A DNA stretch of 64,000 bases from Octopus bimaculoides (taxonomy: Eukaryota): contig NC_068981.1 of NCBI RefSeq assembly GCF_001194135.2, positions 52,798,771-52,862,770 of the forward strand, read 5' to 3'. The notes under the pieces are model-generated. The model ran no database searches and was not told the DNA's origin. It saw nothing but the letters and a program-made list of their open reading frames with translations. Positions 1 through 12,570 of the stretch are shown here, in pieces. The first letter of the stretch is position 1. Every line of letters begins with the position of its first letter. The translations under genes were made by a program, and so were the position numbers.

Positions 1-42
<42 letters not shown>

Positions 43-619
43 TATATACATATATATATATACACATATATATATATACACATATATATATATACACATA
101 TATATATACACATATATATATACACATATATATATACTCAGAGGTCCACAGCTCTTCAATATCCTCATGAAGGACCTGAGAGACCTGCATACGTTGGATG
201 TAGGTATCTTCCAAATAAGTCTGGACCTCCTCCTGTCAAATGTCCTAGATGAACCAACTTCGCGGTAGGAGGAGCAGATGAGGGCAGCTCCTATCAAACT
301 CCCTCATGCACCAAATGTAAATTGCTGAAAAGCATTCGTGAAGTAAAATTATGTAGCAACACCAAATGGCAGTGCCCCAGTAGGGTCACAGCTCAAGAGC
401 TGAAGCTAGATAAAATGAGAAAAAATATATACATACACATGCACACACACACACTATATATACATACACATATATATATATACATACATATATATATATA
501 CACACATATATACATATATATACACGTATATATATGTATGTATATATACATACGTATGTACATATATAAACACAGATACATATATATATATATATATGTA
601 TGTACATATATAAACACAG

Positions 620-654
<35 letters not shown>

Positions 655-658
655 CAGA

Positions 659-730
<72 letters not shown>

Positions 731-1149
731 AGAGGTAATGCTTGACAATTATAAGCACCTGTGTATGCCAGCTTGTGGTCGGGGTGAATGAATAAATTGT
801 AAATGCAATAAATTATTTTTGCATTTACAATTTATATATATATTCATACACATGCATACATATACATAGATATATATATATTCATACACATATATACATA
901 TACATATATTCATACACGTATATACATATATATATATATATGTATATATACACACACATATATATGTATACTTGGTTATATATATATATACATGCACATA
1001 TATATATATGCACCTAGACACACACACATAAATGCATATATCTATATACATATATATACATGTATATATATCTATATACATACACATATATACATACATT
1101 TAGATACATATGTACATGAATATATACATATAGACATACACACACATAC

Positions 1150-1184
<35 letters not shown>

Positions 1185-1469
1185 TATATATGTGTGTATA
1201 TAAATGTATGTATATTTGTGTGCGTGTACATATGTGTCTATATGTATATATGAAGGTGTACATGAATAGGTATATATACATACACAGACATATATATGTA
1301 TACTTGGTTATATATATATACATGCGCATATATATATATATATGCACCTAGACACACACACATAAATGCATATATCTATATACATATACACATATATACA
1401 TACATATAGATACATATGTACATGAATATATACATATACAGACATACACACACACATACATATATATAT
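1..1469. repeat. Compound (TA)n/(TACA)n/(CA)n microsatellite field interrupted by a LINE fragment
   Basis: Directly visible; source of the Tyr/Ile-rich spurious ORFs. Confidence 0.97.
137..420 (+). mobile_element. CR1-like LINE 3' end fragment
   Basis: Reads [21 protein letters not shown]... and is similar to 21500-21720, the 3' end of the CR1-like LINE described below. Confidence 0.65.
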
Positions 1470-1606
1470 NNNNNNNNNNNNNNNNNNNNNNNNNNNNNNN
1501 NNNNNNNNNNNNNNNNNNNNNNNNNNNNNNNNNNNNNNNNNNNNNNNNNNNNNNNNNNNNNNNNNNNNNNNNNNNNNNNNNNNNTATATACATACACATA
1601 TATATA

Positions 1607-1906
1607 GCTTCGGCTTGCGAAGACCTGTTGGGGCAAGCGAGCCTTCCTGGCACCTGTGCCAGTGGCACGTAAAATACACCATTTTGAGCATGGCCGTTGT
1701 CAGTACTGCCTGAGTGACTTTCCTGCCGGTGGCATATTAAAGCACCCACTACACTCTCGGAGTGGTTGGCATTAGGAAGGGCATCCAGCTGTAGAGACTC
1801 TGCCAAATCAGATTGGAGCCCGGTGTAGCCATCTGGTTCACCAGTCCTCAGCCAAATAGTCCAACCCATGCTAGCATGGAAAGCGGATGATGATGGTGAT
1901 GATGAT
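1607..1906 (+). mobile_element. SINE-like family B copy ((GAT)n tail)
   Basis: Ends CCAACCCATGCTAGCATGGAAAGCGGA-(GAT)n; shared with at least seven other copies in the window. Confidence 0.85.
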
Positions 1907-1917
1907 AGGCATATATA

Positions 1918-3181
1918 CACAGGGTTTGGACAAAATAATGCAAACTCCTGAAAATTTGAAGCAAATTTATTTTAATATGGGTTTAAACTGCCTCTGGCAT
2001 TAATTACAGTTGTAATCTCATGAGGTATGGTCTTGTAGAAAATTTGAAGTGTTTCCAAAGGCATTTTTATCCTTTCTTCAGCTAAACAACTCTCCAGTTC
2101 TTGCAGTGATGATGGTGTAGTTTATTGATTCCTTACTTGTTTTCCTAAAATGCACTGCAAATGTTCAATAATATTGAGATCTGGGGACTGTGGTGGCCAG
2201 ATAAGATGTTCAACTTCACCAGAATGTTCCTTGTGCCATTGAGTAACAACTTTAGGTGTGTGAATTGTATTATCATCCTGAAAGATTGTGCTTCCCTCTG
2301 GAAACATTTCCGCAACCATTGGATGAATTTGATCATATAAATTGCTTATATAGTCCTGACTATTAATTCTGCCAAGAAGGCAAACTTTAGGCTGCTGGAT
2401 TTCCAAGATATAGCCTTCCACCCAGATCATCACAGATCCTCCTCCATGTTTAACAGTCCGAAGAAGGCAGTCTGGGTCAAATGCTTCTTTTGGCTGTCTC
2501 CACACATATGGTTGTCGGAAATAATGTGAGGGATGACCCATCCAAGAAAATAACTTTCTTCTACTGGTCTAGAGACCAACTCTGTTGGTTTTTACTCCAC
2601 TCTAAATGCTTTGCAATGCTTGTTTCTGAAAGTAGTGATTTTCTGATTGCAGACCTCCCATGAAATCCAGCTTTATGCAGCTCCTGGAAAGCAGTTTTTG
2701 TACAAACTGGGTTCTCAAGGTGGTCACTTAGCTCTGCAGCAATTTTGGGAGCTGTACTTTTGTGATCCTTTCTAACAATTCACGTAAGAGTCCAATGGTC
2801 ACTCTCTGAAAATTTTGGTTTTCTTCCGGAGTTTTGTTTCAATGAGGAGGTTTTTCCCTCTTTCTCAAAGGCTGTCATTAGTTTCGAGACAGTACTTCTT
2901 GATACATCAAACATTTCGGCTGTTTTTGTTATGCTCGCACCTGTCATACGACCACCAACAACTTGACCTCTTTGAAAGTCCGATAGATCTATCATTTTAA
3001 TGAATTTTAATTATCTTTTTCTGATGATATCTGAAATGAAACAACAATTTTAGCAAAACATTAAGCAACACTAATAATAAATGAAAAAAAAAAACATTAA
3101 AATAAACAAGCTTTTGATGGTTTTATAGATATTTCAAAATTATGATGCTAGGTGTTTCCATTATTCTGTCCATCCCCTGTG
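1918..3181 (-). mobile_element. Tc1/mariner DNA transposon, full length but decayed (DD36E/Incomer-like)
   Basis: TIRs CACAGGGTTTGGACAAAATAATGCAAACTCCT and (reverse complement) CACAGGGGATGGACAGAATAATGGAAACACCT. TA target duplications at 1916-17 and 3182-83. 1264 bp. Confidence 0.93.
1972..2995 (-). pseudogene. Tc1-family transposase pseudogene (stop codon and frameshifts)
   Basis: N-terminal HTH region MIDLSDFQRGQVVGG...NSGRKPK; TVKHGGGSVMIW; FQDDN...WPPQSPDLNIIEHL. The reading frame is split across several ORFs, with a TAG in the WSLDQ*KKVIF segment. Confidence 0.9.
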
Positions 3182-3189
3182 TAAATATA

Positions 3190-4190
3190 TATATATATAT
3201 ATATATATATAGCAATAAGAAAATGGAGGGGATCAAGAGGTGGTATTCATCAACTTTTAGACATTATATTATGTCTATTTATTTCTTTAAAAAAACCATT
3301 ATAACAATATATATACATGTATAGCATAATATGCTTTACATATACAATATATAAAAATACCAGTAATTATTAAAATATATAATGTAGATCACAAAAGATA
3401 GGATAATATCTTACAGCTGTTTCAGCCAAGAGGCNNNNNNNNNNATATATAAAAATACCAGTAATTATTAAAATATATAATGTAGATCACAAAAGATAGG
3501 ATAATATCTTACAGCTGTTTCAGCCAAGAGGCCAAAGTACCCTAATATCCCTTCAGTGAACTGAAGTATTTGGTAGATAAGATTTAGGTACTTAGGTGTA
3601 TCTCTGGGTCTCGTCAGAGAGTTTAGAAAGTTCATAAGGTTAAGTTATAAATACAAATACATATACATACATACACATAAACATACATAAACACATGCAC
3701 ATATATTTCTATATTTTTATATTCATATGTATTTGCATACCAAGGAATCAATTATTATTATTATTATTATTAGGTGTATTATATTATTTCTATTAGATAA
3801 AGTATAAACAGAGGGAGGAGAAAGTTATCAAAAGAGAAATAATAGTGGAATATAAAAACAATATATCCTAAGATTATTATAGTTATGTAGGAATGAAAAA
3901 GTATATAAATGAGGAACACATAAATATATATACATGTACATACATACAAATTACATGTGTTGAGAAGGGAGGATGTTTTCAATAGTTCGTATTTTTCTTT
4001 TTATATACTTAGAATTATACACAAACATATATATATATTCATATAAACATTCGATACGTTTTCTATTGAGGGTTTTAGACAAAGGTCCACTATAAGTGGG
4101 TTAGAGTTTATATTAATACCTGTGAAATTAGTTGGTACTAAAAGAAATAAATTTCCGGGTATTAATCAAGATACTTTATTATTGAGGAAT
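3190..4190 (-). mobile_element. Penelope-like terminal repeat / non-autonomous remnant carrying a hammerhead motif
   Basis: Non-coding region with a type I hammerhead motif of the kind found in Penelope terminal repeats. Boundaries are approximate. Confidence 0.5.
3502..3625 (-). ncRNA. Type I hammerhead ribozyme motif with long stem II
   Basis: Minus strand reads CTAAACTCT-CUGACGA-(stem II, about 90 nt)-GAAAC-AGCU-GUA^-AGATATTA. Core positions: CUGACGA 3617-3611, GAAA 3521-3518, GUA 3512-3510. Palindromic stem III; internal hairpin CTTCAGT/ACTGAAG. Confidence 0.7.
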
Positions 4191-4236
4191 ACATATACAT
4201 ATATATATATATATATATCCCCAAAAAAGAAAAGTG

Positions 4237-4628
4237 AAGAACAAACACAAGAAGAAAGAAACAACAACGCAAGGATGAGGTACATGTGAAGTATTAGCAG
4301 ATGCTCTGGGAAAGAAGGGAAAGTAGTTTTACGTTTTGAGCAAAGTGCTTTGTGAGAAACAGTAGAAGCAGGGTGGAGGAAGGGAAGACGGAGGGAAAAA
4401 AAATCTTTAACAATCGACATGTGGTTACATTGAAAATGTACCCACATGTGGATCGTTGGTGATTTTTTTTCTTGCATCTCCCTGTTCTCTTCCACTTTCC
4501 TCTGTCTTCTGTTTCTGACAATGAGCTTTGCTAAAAGCATAAAACTACCTTTCCTTCCTTCCCAGAACGTCTGCTAATATTTTGCATGTACCTCGTCCTC
4601 GCGTTGTTTTTTTCTTGTGTTTGTTCTT
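4237..4628. repeat. Long foldback inverted repeat (about 195-bp arms, 3-nt loop)
   Basis: 4237-4431 is the diverged reverse complement of 4435-4628; centre ACATT-GAA-AATGT. Confidence 0.9.
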
Positions 4629-5119
4629 TGTTTTGTTTTTGAATTTATTATTTACCACACACTCACATGGGCCCCGGGCCTTCTGACTGACTTTGGAATA
4701 CCTAATTTGTGTTATTCTTTCTACCATCTGTTTACATTACCTTGTTCATTCAGAAAACACCATCCTTGCACCTCGATTGTGAATCATTATATGTATATGT
4801 GTGTGTGTGTGTATATAAATGTGTGTGTGTGTGTGTGTATGTTTATATCTATATATATATATACTATGCATATATATCGATACACACAGAAATATTTGAG
4901 CATGAGTGGACGAATACATTATTTGGGCATTACAGCCAGAATGCCCTTGGCATACAAATGCATGATAAAGCTTCTGCAACTTTGTCTACCAAATTCTCAC
5001 GCAAGGGTTTTATAGGCTGCAAACTATAATACAAGGCTCTTACCCAAGTTGTTGAGCAACCACGATGTTGGGAAGTTAACACCTTAACCACACAAGCATG
5101 CCTGCACATATCTTTCGTA

Positions 5120-5470
5120 TTTTACTTATTTCAGTTATTGAACTGCAGCCATGATGGGACACCACCATAAAGGGGTCAAACAAAGTGACCCCACTATATA
5201 TTTTTAAAGCCTGGTGTTTATTCTACGAGTTTCTTTTTCTCAACTGCTAAAGTTATGGGCAGGCATGTAAACAAATCAACACCACTTGTCAAGTAGTGGT
5301 AGTGGACAAACATACCCAATGAGCTTCTTTCAGCTTTTGTCTACCAAATCCCCTCACAAGATTTTGGTCAGCTCAGGGCCATAGTAGAAGACATTTGCCC
5401 AGGTAGCAAGCAGTGGGGCTGAACCCAGAACCATGAAGTTAGGAAGCAAACTTAACACAGCCATGCATGC
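5120..5470 (-). mobile_element. tRNA-derived, CORE-like SINE family C copy (near full length, decayed)
   Basis: Reverse complement gives a tRNA-like head, a GGGCAAATGTCTTCTACTATGG CORE-like segment and a tail matching 10478-10726. Fragments also at 4960-5105, 6790-6905, 18925-19085, 19200-19345 and 38590-38740. Confidence 0.75.
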
Positions 5471-5979
5471 CCTACATACACACAAATACATGCACATATA
5501 CCTCCATAAATACATGTACATATTTAGATGTATATGCTCATAAATGTATGTGTGTATGTGTATCTATATGAGAGAGAGAGAGATAGAGAGAGTTGTATAC
5601 ACCCAGAGGCTTCTTTAACTAACCTAATCACCAAAACTCAGATTTTCAGAAGCTACTACAATAATCCCTTGACTATCGCAGGTGTTATGTCCCAAAAGAT
5701 CCCACAGAAGTAATTAAAATCTAAAAACACATAAATACCTATCAGCCACAGAAACCTGGATATACTGAGGAGTCTGTGATATAAATTTACATGTATTAGC
5801 CAGAAAAATCTGTGATATACTGAGTGTGTGATAGGTGAACCACAATATGGCAAGGTATTACTGTATACAGTGTGTCATATAGTAACTTTTGATAACAGGA
5901 GTATCGAGTTTTGTATCAGGAAATTCTTACATCTACTTTGTAATGGTGACTGAAATGCATCAATATGCTAAATAACTTT

Positions 5980-6200
5980 AGGGCAATGAGCTGGCAGAAT
6001 CATTACTGTGCTGGGCAGAATGCTTAGCAGAATTTCATGTCATTATGCTCTGTGTTCAAATTCCGCTGAGTTCAACTTCACCTTTTATCCTTATAAGGTT
6101 GATAAATAAGTACCAGCTGAGCACCAGGGTTGATTTAATCAACTTAGCCCCATTTCCTTGAAATTGCTGATACTGTGCCAAAATTTGAAACCAATATGCT
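5980..6200 (+). mobile_element. tRNA-derived SINE family A copy
   Basis: GAGCTGGCAGAATC (A-box-like) ... GTTCAAATTCC (B-box-like) ... GATAAATAAGTACCAG. Related copies at 24840-25035(-), 35865-36050(+) and 36880-37050(+). Confidence 0.75.
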
Positions 6201-9200
6201 AAATAACTTTATACTATACTATCCTGATTTGATTTTTACAGGTGTGTGTGTGTGTGCAAATATACATATCTATTACACTTTATACACACACTTTTGTTCT
6301 CTTTTTCAAATACTTATGACTGGCCATTTTTTTTTCTTTCTAAATTATCCAAATTCCCTAGGTCATAAATCTTCTACTCCTTTTGATATATATGAGTGTT
6401 GTCTGCTGGAGACAAAGTAAGGCAATTGTTGTGCTGATGACACTTATTGAATTTCTGACTACAAATGTTGAGCTGTTCAAATCAACTCATTGAATTAGCT
6501 TGTAAATGACTGAGTATTCCACAGATATGTGTACTGTTAATGTTATTCTTATACAGAATCAGTGTAACACATTATAACAAGCCTGTATTTTCAACATCAT
6601 CAACACCTTAATTTTAACATCCACTTTTCCAGACTTGCATAAGTGTGAGAGATTTTAATTAGGCAGAATTAACTATAGCCAGATGCCTTTCCTGTCACCA
6701 ACCATTAACTCTTTCCAAGTAAGGTGATATTTTCTTATGGCCTAACATATTTTTACAAAATAGTGGAAATGAACGATATCCATTTACAACAACGTGAAGA
6801 CAAAAGCATATAAACCTATTCACAAGGCTTTGGCTGGCCTGAGGTTACAGTAGAAGACAGTTGCCCAAGGTGCCATACAGTGAGATTGATCATGCATGAA
6901 CCTACTACACATGCAGATAGAGTTACATATACACATTTACACATGAGTTTTTCATGGCAAATGACCAGAGACCCCTCAATTTTCTGCAAAACACAAATTA
7001 AAATTTGTTTTGCTCAAGTTATATGTATATATAAAATCACACACACACACACATAGAGAGAGAGAGAGAGAGAATTAAAAAAATAAAAGTATGCATTAAT
7101 TTATTTGGACAACTACATATGAATAAACCTTAAAAATAATGGAACTGGTGACATTTAAAATAATTTTTTTACCAGATACCTTAAAAAAGAAAAAGTACAA
7201 GGTGAAAAGAAAAAGAAAATTTAGATTTTATTGTTGACTGACACAACTCACATCACGCCCCTTATTAATCTTCTAAGCTGTATAATCAATCAGAACCAAA
7301 TAACATTCTAATTGAGTTTTTCATGATTAACCTACCTATTTCTTTAATCCACTTACACACTTCACATCTATTATAATCATAATAATTTTCATTGGTCATA
7401 TGCTTTTCACTAAAAGTGTTTTTAACACAACTGGAAAAGTATCATAGAAAAGTGACCTTTTCAAAAGAGCATTGGATTGTTTCTTCAGATAAAGACTATA
7501 TAAACCAAATTTTAAAAAAAAATTGTATTCTTTTGGAAATAAAATTATCAGGAAGATATAACACTTGGCTTTTATAATATTTAACATTTACTTTTACAGC
7601 TGTAGTTTAAGTAAGTCCATATAATCTTCATCCAGCCATCCATCTATTTACAATCTATTATTAGATTAATTTGTCACCAGCTTATCTATGCTGTCTGTAT
7701 TGGCCAACTGTGGGTGTGATTGGATGTCCCTGTGGTCAAGTGATTAATTTTCCCTGGCCACTGGAACCTAGAATTTGAACTCAGAAGATATCACATGCCA
7801 TCTCACCAGCCCACTAGTTATATGCTTCTTTATTAATCCCCCAAAAAGATGAAAGGCAAAGTTGACCATGGCATAGCTTTAACTCAAAGCATAAAGAGAT
7901 GGAATTTCTACATTCTTCCTTTTGCTCTAAACCTTTTTGATAATTAATGGTTGGGAACTATAATATTTAATGGCTCATGAAAAAAGTCTACAAATGCAAA
8001 ATATAGTTACTATTTTCTGTCTTTGTAAAGAGAGTGCTCAGTTATTTCAGTACTCTGTTACCACAAATACATATGGGAAGCCATAATCCAAATTTAATTC
8101 CAAGTTATCTCAGAACAAGTGAAACATTTTCATAAGCATATGGATATATATGAATTGAGAAGATGCTGCTCAGTAGCAGGAAATGAAGTGTAATATTGAG
8201 AGAGGGAGAGAGAGTTTCACACACTAAACAGTTGAGACCCCCCCCCCACCTGCACAAATGAAGAAGTGTAGTCAATGTTGCCATAACACATGATGCACAA
8301 AATTCAAGAGCATAGATTGGAAGTAATGAATCGAAATATAGGCCACAGTTGAACAGAACAGACTCAAGATTGCATGGAAAAGCTACAATAAAGTGGTTCA
8401 ATAAAGCTTTAATGAGCCAAATAATGATTATCTTCTTAAGCCAAACAACACTGTTTTATAATTGCTCCCTTGTCAAAAACAAACTCCTCTTTAAAGCTCT
8501 CAATCTTAACGTGAGTCAAATCACGAAGGAAACATTCAATACCAATACCTCTTTGATGTCTTTATCTCAAAATACTAATATATTTTATTCTTTCTTCAAT
8601 ACATATATAACTTCATTTTAGTATAAGCTAAAACAAAAAAACGCATCGGCATTCCTAAAATACACAACACAAAAGCCCATTAATAGTATACGAGCATAAT
8701 CAAATACATAAATTTTCCTAAATTCTGCTTAATCAAAATTAGGTGCTAATATATATTATTGGTTTCTATACTACATTCCTAATGATTAACATTATTGGTG
8801 GATACTTTCTGAAATCAACTGACCAAACAGCAACAATCAAACATATGGAATAAAAGTAACCAATAATGAGATAAACATTTAATACTGATTTAGTTGAGGT
8901 TTTAAAAGATAAAATATAGTTTTTAGTATTAGATTTAGTTTAAACCAAACTTTAAGAATCTGTTTAATGACTGAATGCTTCTTCACTCAAAAAAAAAAAA
9001 AACAACTATAAGAAATCTAAATTATTCAACACTTAGTGTTTCTAATTATCGTCTCAATTTTTAAAGTATTGATAGCAGTGATTGAAATAAAGGTGCTTTT
9101 GTGGACCCACTCACAATTACTGATAGCATGGATAAACAGATAATATTAATAATTATTATATATCTTCATCATCATTAACCTTACATTTGATTTTGTATGC

Positions 9201-10029
9201 TGGTAAGAAATGTTTTTAACATTTAATTCATCATGTACCTCACGATGAATTCAACATTTATTTCAATATTTGGAATTCAATTGTGATAGCAAAATTTTCA
9301 ATTTCATCTTTTATGAGAAAGAGCAAGAATTCCTCTTCACTCATTTATCTAACATTGGGAGGAGGGATCTTGTTGCTTTACTGGAACATGAGAGAGAGAG
9401 AGTGAGAGGAGAAAAAGATGAGAGAGAGGGAGGAGAGACAGTGAGAGGTGACCCCATATTCATCATAGCAGATATGTGGCATTTATTGTGTCAATCACAG
9501 AATGTTAAACGCCAAGATATTTTAAATTTATACCTGGAAATCATTGAGCTGATTAATAAATTACATACAACCTACTTAATCGATAAAAATAAAGTAATCT
9601 ATCTTTTGAGGTTAATTAGATGAATTTGAAATATTCCACGTCTTAAACATCGAGTGTAGTAACTTGACGCTTGCATTTAATATTTCGTAAAAACGCCTTA
9701 GATATTTTTTTATGTGGTCAAAGAAATGAAAAATCTAAAACGAAGTAAACGTTATTGCATAATCATTAATACCTCGCTACAAAACATTACATCGACATAA
9801 TTTTATTTTCAGAAACGAAAATTATTTAGATTTTTAAAAATTAAAATTAATGTAACGAATATCAAATTTAAAATCACGAAAAACCAAAATTATATCATTT
9901 GTAGAAGCAACAGTACATACTGAAAAGGAAAAAAAAAAATCAATGAAGCTATCTTTAGATATCGTTTTTATCTAAATGGGAAGTTATCTAAGAGAACTTA
10001 ATTCGAAGTCGCGAATTCTTTAGTAACTC

Positions 10030-10280
10030 AGCCAATGCCATAAAGCTCTCTCCATTGGTGCTTAAAACTCCATTGCTTTCTAAGCGTTGAACGTTGATTG
10101 GAAATTGATTTAAATATACAAACAAGGAATTAAAATGATAAAGATCAGATGTGTAAAAAGCAGTTTCCTAATCAGACAAAAAGGCGCGGGATTAAATTTT
10201 ATTATCAATCTATTTTAACAGCAAGAATTTATGACGAGTTTACAAATAAATATCTTATGAAACGGTAACAGACAGGAAGT
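10030..10280. promoter_or_regulatory. Second promoter-like cluster (three CCAAT boxes, E2F-like and ETS-like motifs)
   Basis: CCAAT 10032, ATTGG 10054 and 10097, GGCGCGGGA 10183, CAGGAAGT 10273, in CpG-retaining DNA. No associated gene identified. Confidence 0.35.
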
Positions 10281-10477
10281 CATCAAAATGATGTAGCTAC
10301 ATCCTGTGTATGAGAAAGTCACTGAAAAATAGCTATCTAAATAATTGAAATGAGAGCATAACTAAAGGAAGAAATCGTCAAGTTTAATTTTCGTATGTAC
10401 ATATTAAAAGCATAAAGTCACAGTTAAAATAGTTAAACATTTTTTTGCTTTCCAACTATATGAATCAATGTGAATTA

Positions 10478-10726
10478 AAGCCTTGTGAGTGGATTTGGTA
10501 GACGGAAACTGAAAGAAGCCCGTCGTATATATATGTGTGTGTTTGTCCTCCAACATCGCTTGACAACCGATGCTGGTGTGTTTACGTCCCCGTAACTTAG
10601 CGGTTCGGCAAAAGTGACCGATAGAATAAGTGCTAGGCTAACAAAGAATAAGTCCTGGGGTCGATTTGTTCGACTAAAGGCGGTGCTCCAGCATGGCCGC
10701 AGTCAAATGACTGAAACAAGTTAAGG
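10478..10726 (+). mobile_element. SINE family C, 5'-truncated young copy
   Basis: AAAGCCTTGTGAGTGGATTTGGTAGACGGAAACTGAAAGAAGCCCGTCG...GGCCGCAGTCAAATGACTGAAACAAG, with CpGs intact. Confidence 0.85.
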
Positions 10727-12134
10727 NNNNNNNNNNNNNNNNNNNNNNNNNNNNNNNNNNNNNNNNNNNNNNNNNNNNNNNNNNNNNNNNNNNNNNNNNN
10801 NNNNNNNNNNNNNNNNNNNNNNNNNNNNNNNNNNNNNNNNNNNNNNNNNNNNNNNNNNNNNNNNNNNNNNNNNNNNNNNNNNNNNNNNNNNNNNNNNNNN
10901 NNNNNNNNNNNNNNNNNNNNNNNNNNNNNNNNNNNNNNNNNNNNNNNNNNNNNNNNNNNNNNNNNNNNNNNNNNNNNNNNNNNNNNNNNNNNNNNNNNNN
11001 NNNNNNNNNNNNNNNNNNNNNNNNNNNNNNNNNNNNNNNNNNNNNNNNNNNNNNNNNNNNNNNNNNNNNNNNNNNNNNNNNNNNNNNNNNNNNNNNNNNN
11101 NNNNNNNNNNNNNNNNNNNNNNNNNNNNNNNNNNNNNNNNNNNNNNNNNNNNNNNNNNNNNNNNNNNNNNNNNNNNNNNNNNNNNNNNNNNNNNNNNNNN
11201 NNNNNNNNNNNNNNNNNNNNNNNNNNNNNNNNNNNNNNNNNNNNNNNNNNNNNNNNNNNNNNNNNNNNNNNNNNNNNNNNNNNNNNNNNNNNNNNNNNNN
11301 NNNNNNNNNNNNNNNNNNNNNNNNNNNNNNNNNNNNNNNNNNNNNNNNNNNNNNNNNNNNNNNNNNNNNNNNNNNNNNNNNNNNNNNNNNNNNNNNNNNN
11401 NNNNNNNNNNNNNNNNNNNNNNNNNNNNNNNNNNNNNNNNNNNNNNNNNNNNNNNNNNNNNNNNNNNNNNNNNNNNNNNNNNNNNNNNNNNNNNNNNNNN
11501 NNNNNNNNNNNNNNNNNNNNNNNNNNNNNNNNNNNNNNNNNNNNNNNNTTTGGTTTTATTTTGAATTCAAAACGTAAGATTTTTAAAATAAATTAAACCT
11601 CTATTAAGTGAAAAAAAGAAATAGCCTACTGATAACATTTCCTAAAAAAGGATTAGTTTACAAATCTAACTAGTAAAATATTTAAACTAAAATAATTGAT
11701 TTCAAACAATATTGTTAAAAAAACCAAAAATAATTTAAAGCAATAAAATCCTAAGAAATACAATATCAAATTTTGCTACACGGAAACTATATTAATTGAC
11801 TACAGGAAAAATATATATTCCAGAGAGTACAAGATATTAAAGCATCTATGTTATTAGCCTTACTGGTTTCGAGAACCAGAAGGGGCAAAATCGATGATCG
11901 CAATACAAGCAATTTCGTGTCAATATGAACACACTAGTGGACAAACGATAGTATCGATTCAAAAGTGTAGCTGACATTTTCTAGTCACATTTGTTATATC
12001 GTCATCTTTTTAAATCATTGATTGAATTATATGTTTTATCAACGGAAACGTCAAAGTTTATTTTTAAATGGAATAATAAAAGAAAAAAAGGTGTATCAGA
12101 AATAAGCCTTAGCTTATATTTCAATTTAGCAATT

Positions 12135-12570
12135 TTATAATATATATATATATATGTATATATATATTTATATATATATATATTTATATTTATATATATT
12201 TATATTTATTTATATCTATATATATTTATATCTATATATATATTTATATCTATATATATATATATTTATATATATATATATTTATATATATATATATTTA
12301 TATATTTATATATATATATATTTATATATNNNNNNNNNNNNNNNNNNNNNNNNNNNNNNNNNNNNNNNNNNNNNNNNNNNNNNNNNNNNNNNNNNNNNNN
12401 NNNNNNNNNNNNNNNNNNNNNNNNNNNNNNNNNNNNNNNNNNNNNNNNNNNNNNNNNNNNNNNNNNNNNNNNNNNNNNNNNNTTTATATATTTATATATA
12501 TATATATATTTATATATTTATATATATATATATATTTATATATTTATATATATATATATATATATATAGC
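12135..12570. repeat. (TA)n/(TTTATA)n microsatellite spanning an N-gap
   Basis: Directly visible. Confidence 0.95.

Noticed and set aside
322-1636. Many Tyr/Ile/His-rich ORFs
   Set aside because: Translations of (TA)n/(CA)n microsatellites and N-gaps; not genes.
3345-3534. Exact ~90-bp tandem duplication around a 10-N gap (would give a second partial hammerhead)
   Set aside because: Identical copies flanking a fixed 10-N gap indicate unmerged contig overlap. A true Penelope tandem repeat cannot be fully excluded without reads.
5985-6070. tRNA-like A/B boxes (also at 5400-5465, 25000 and 46170)
   Set aside because: These are SINE heads followed by SINE bodies and do not form complete cloverleaves; not called as tRNA genes.
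11865-11885. Partial hammerhead-like CGAAACCAGTA on the minus strand
   Set aside because: No CUGANGA partner or stem I nearby.
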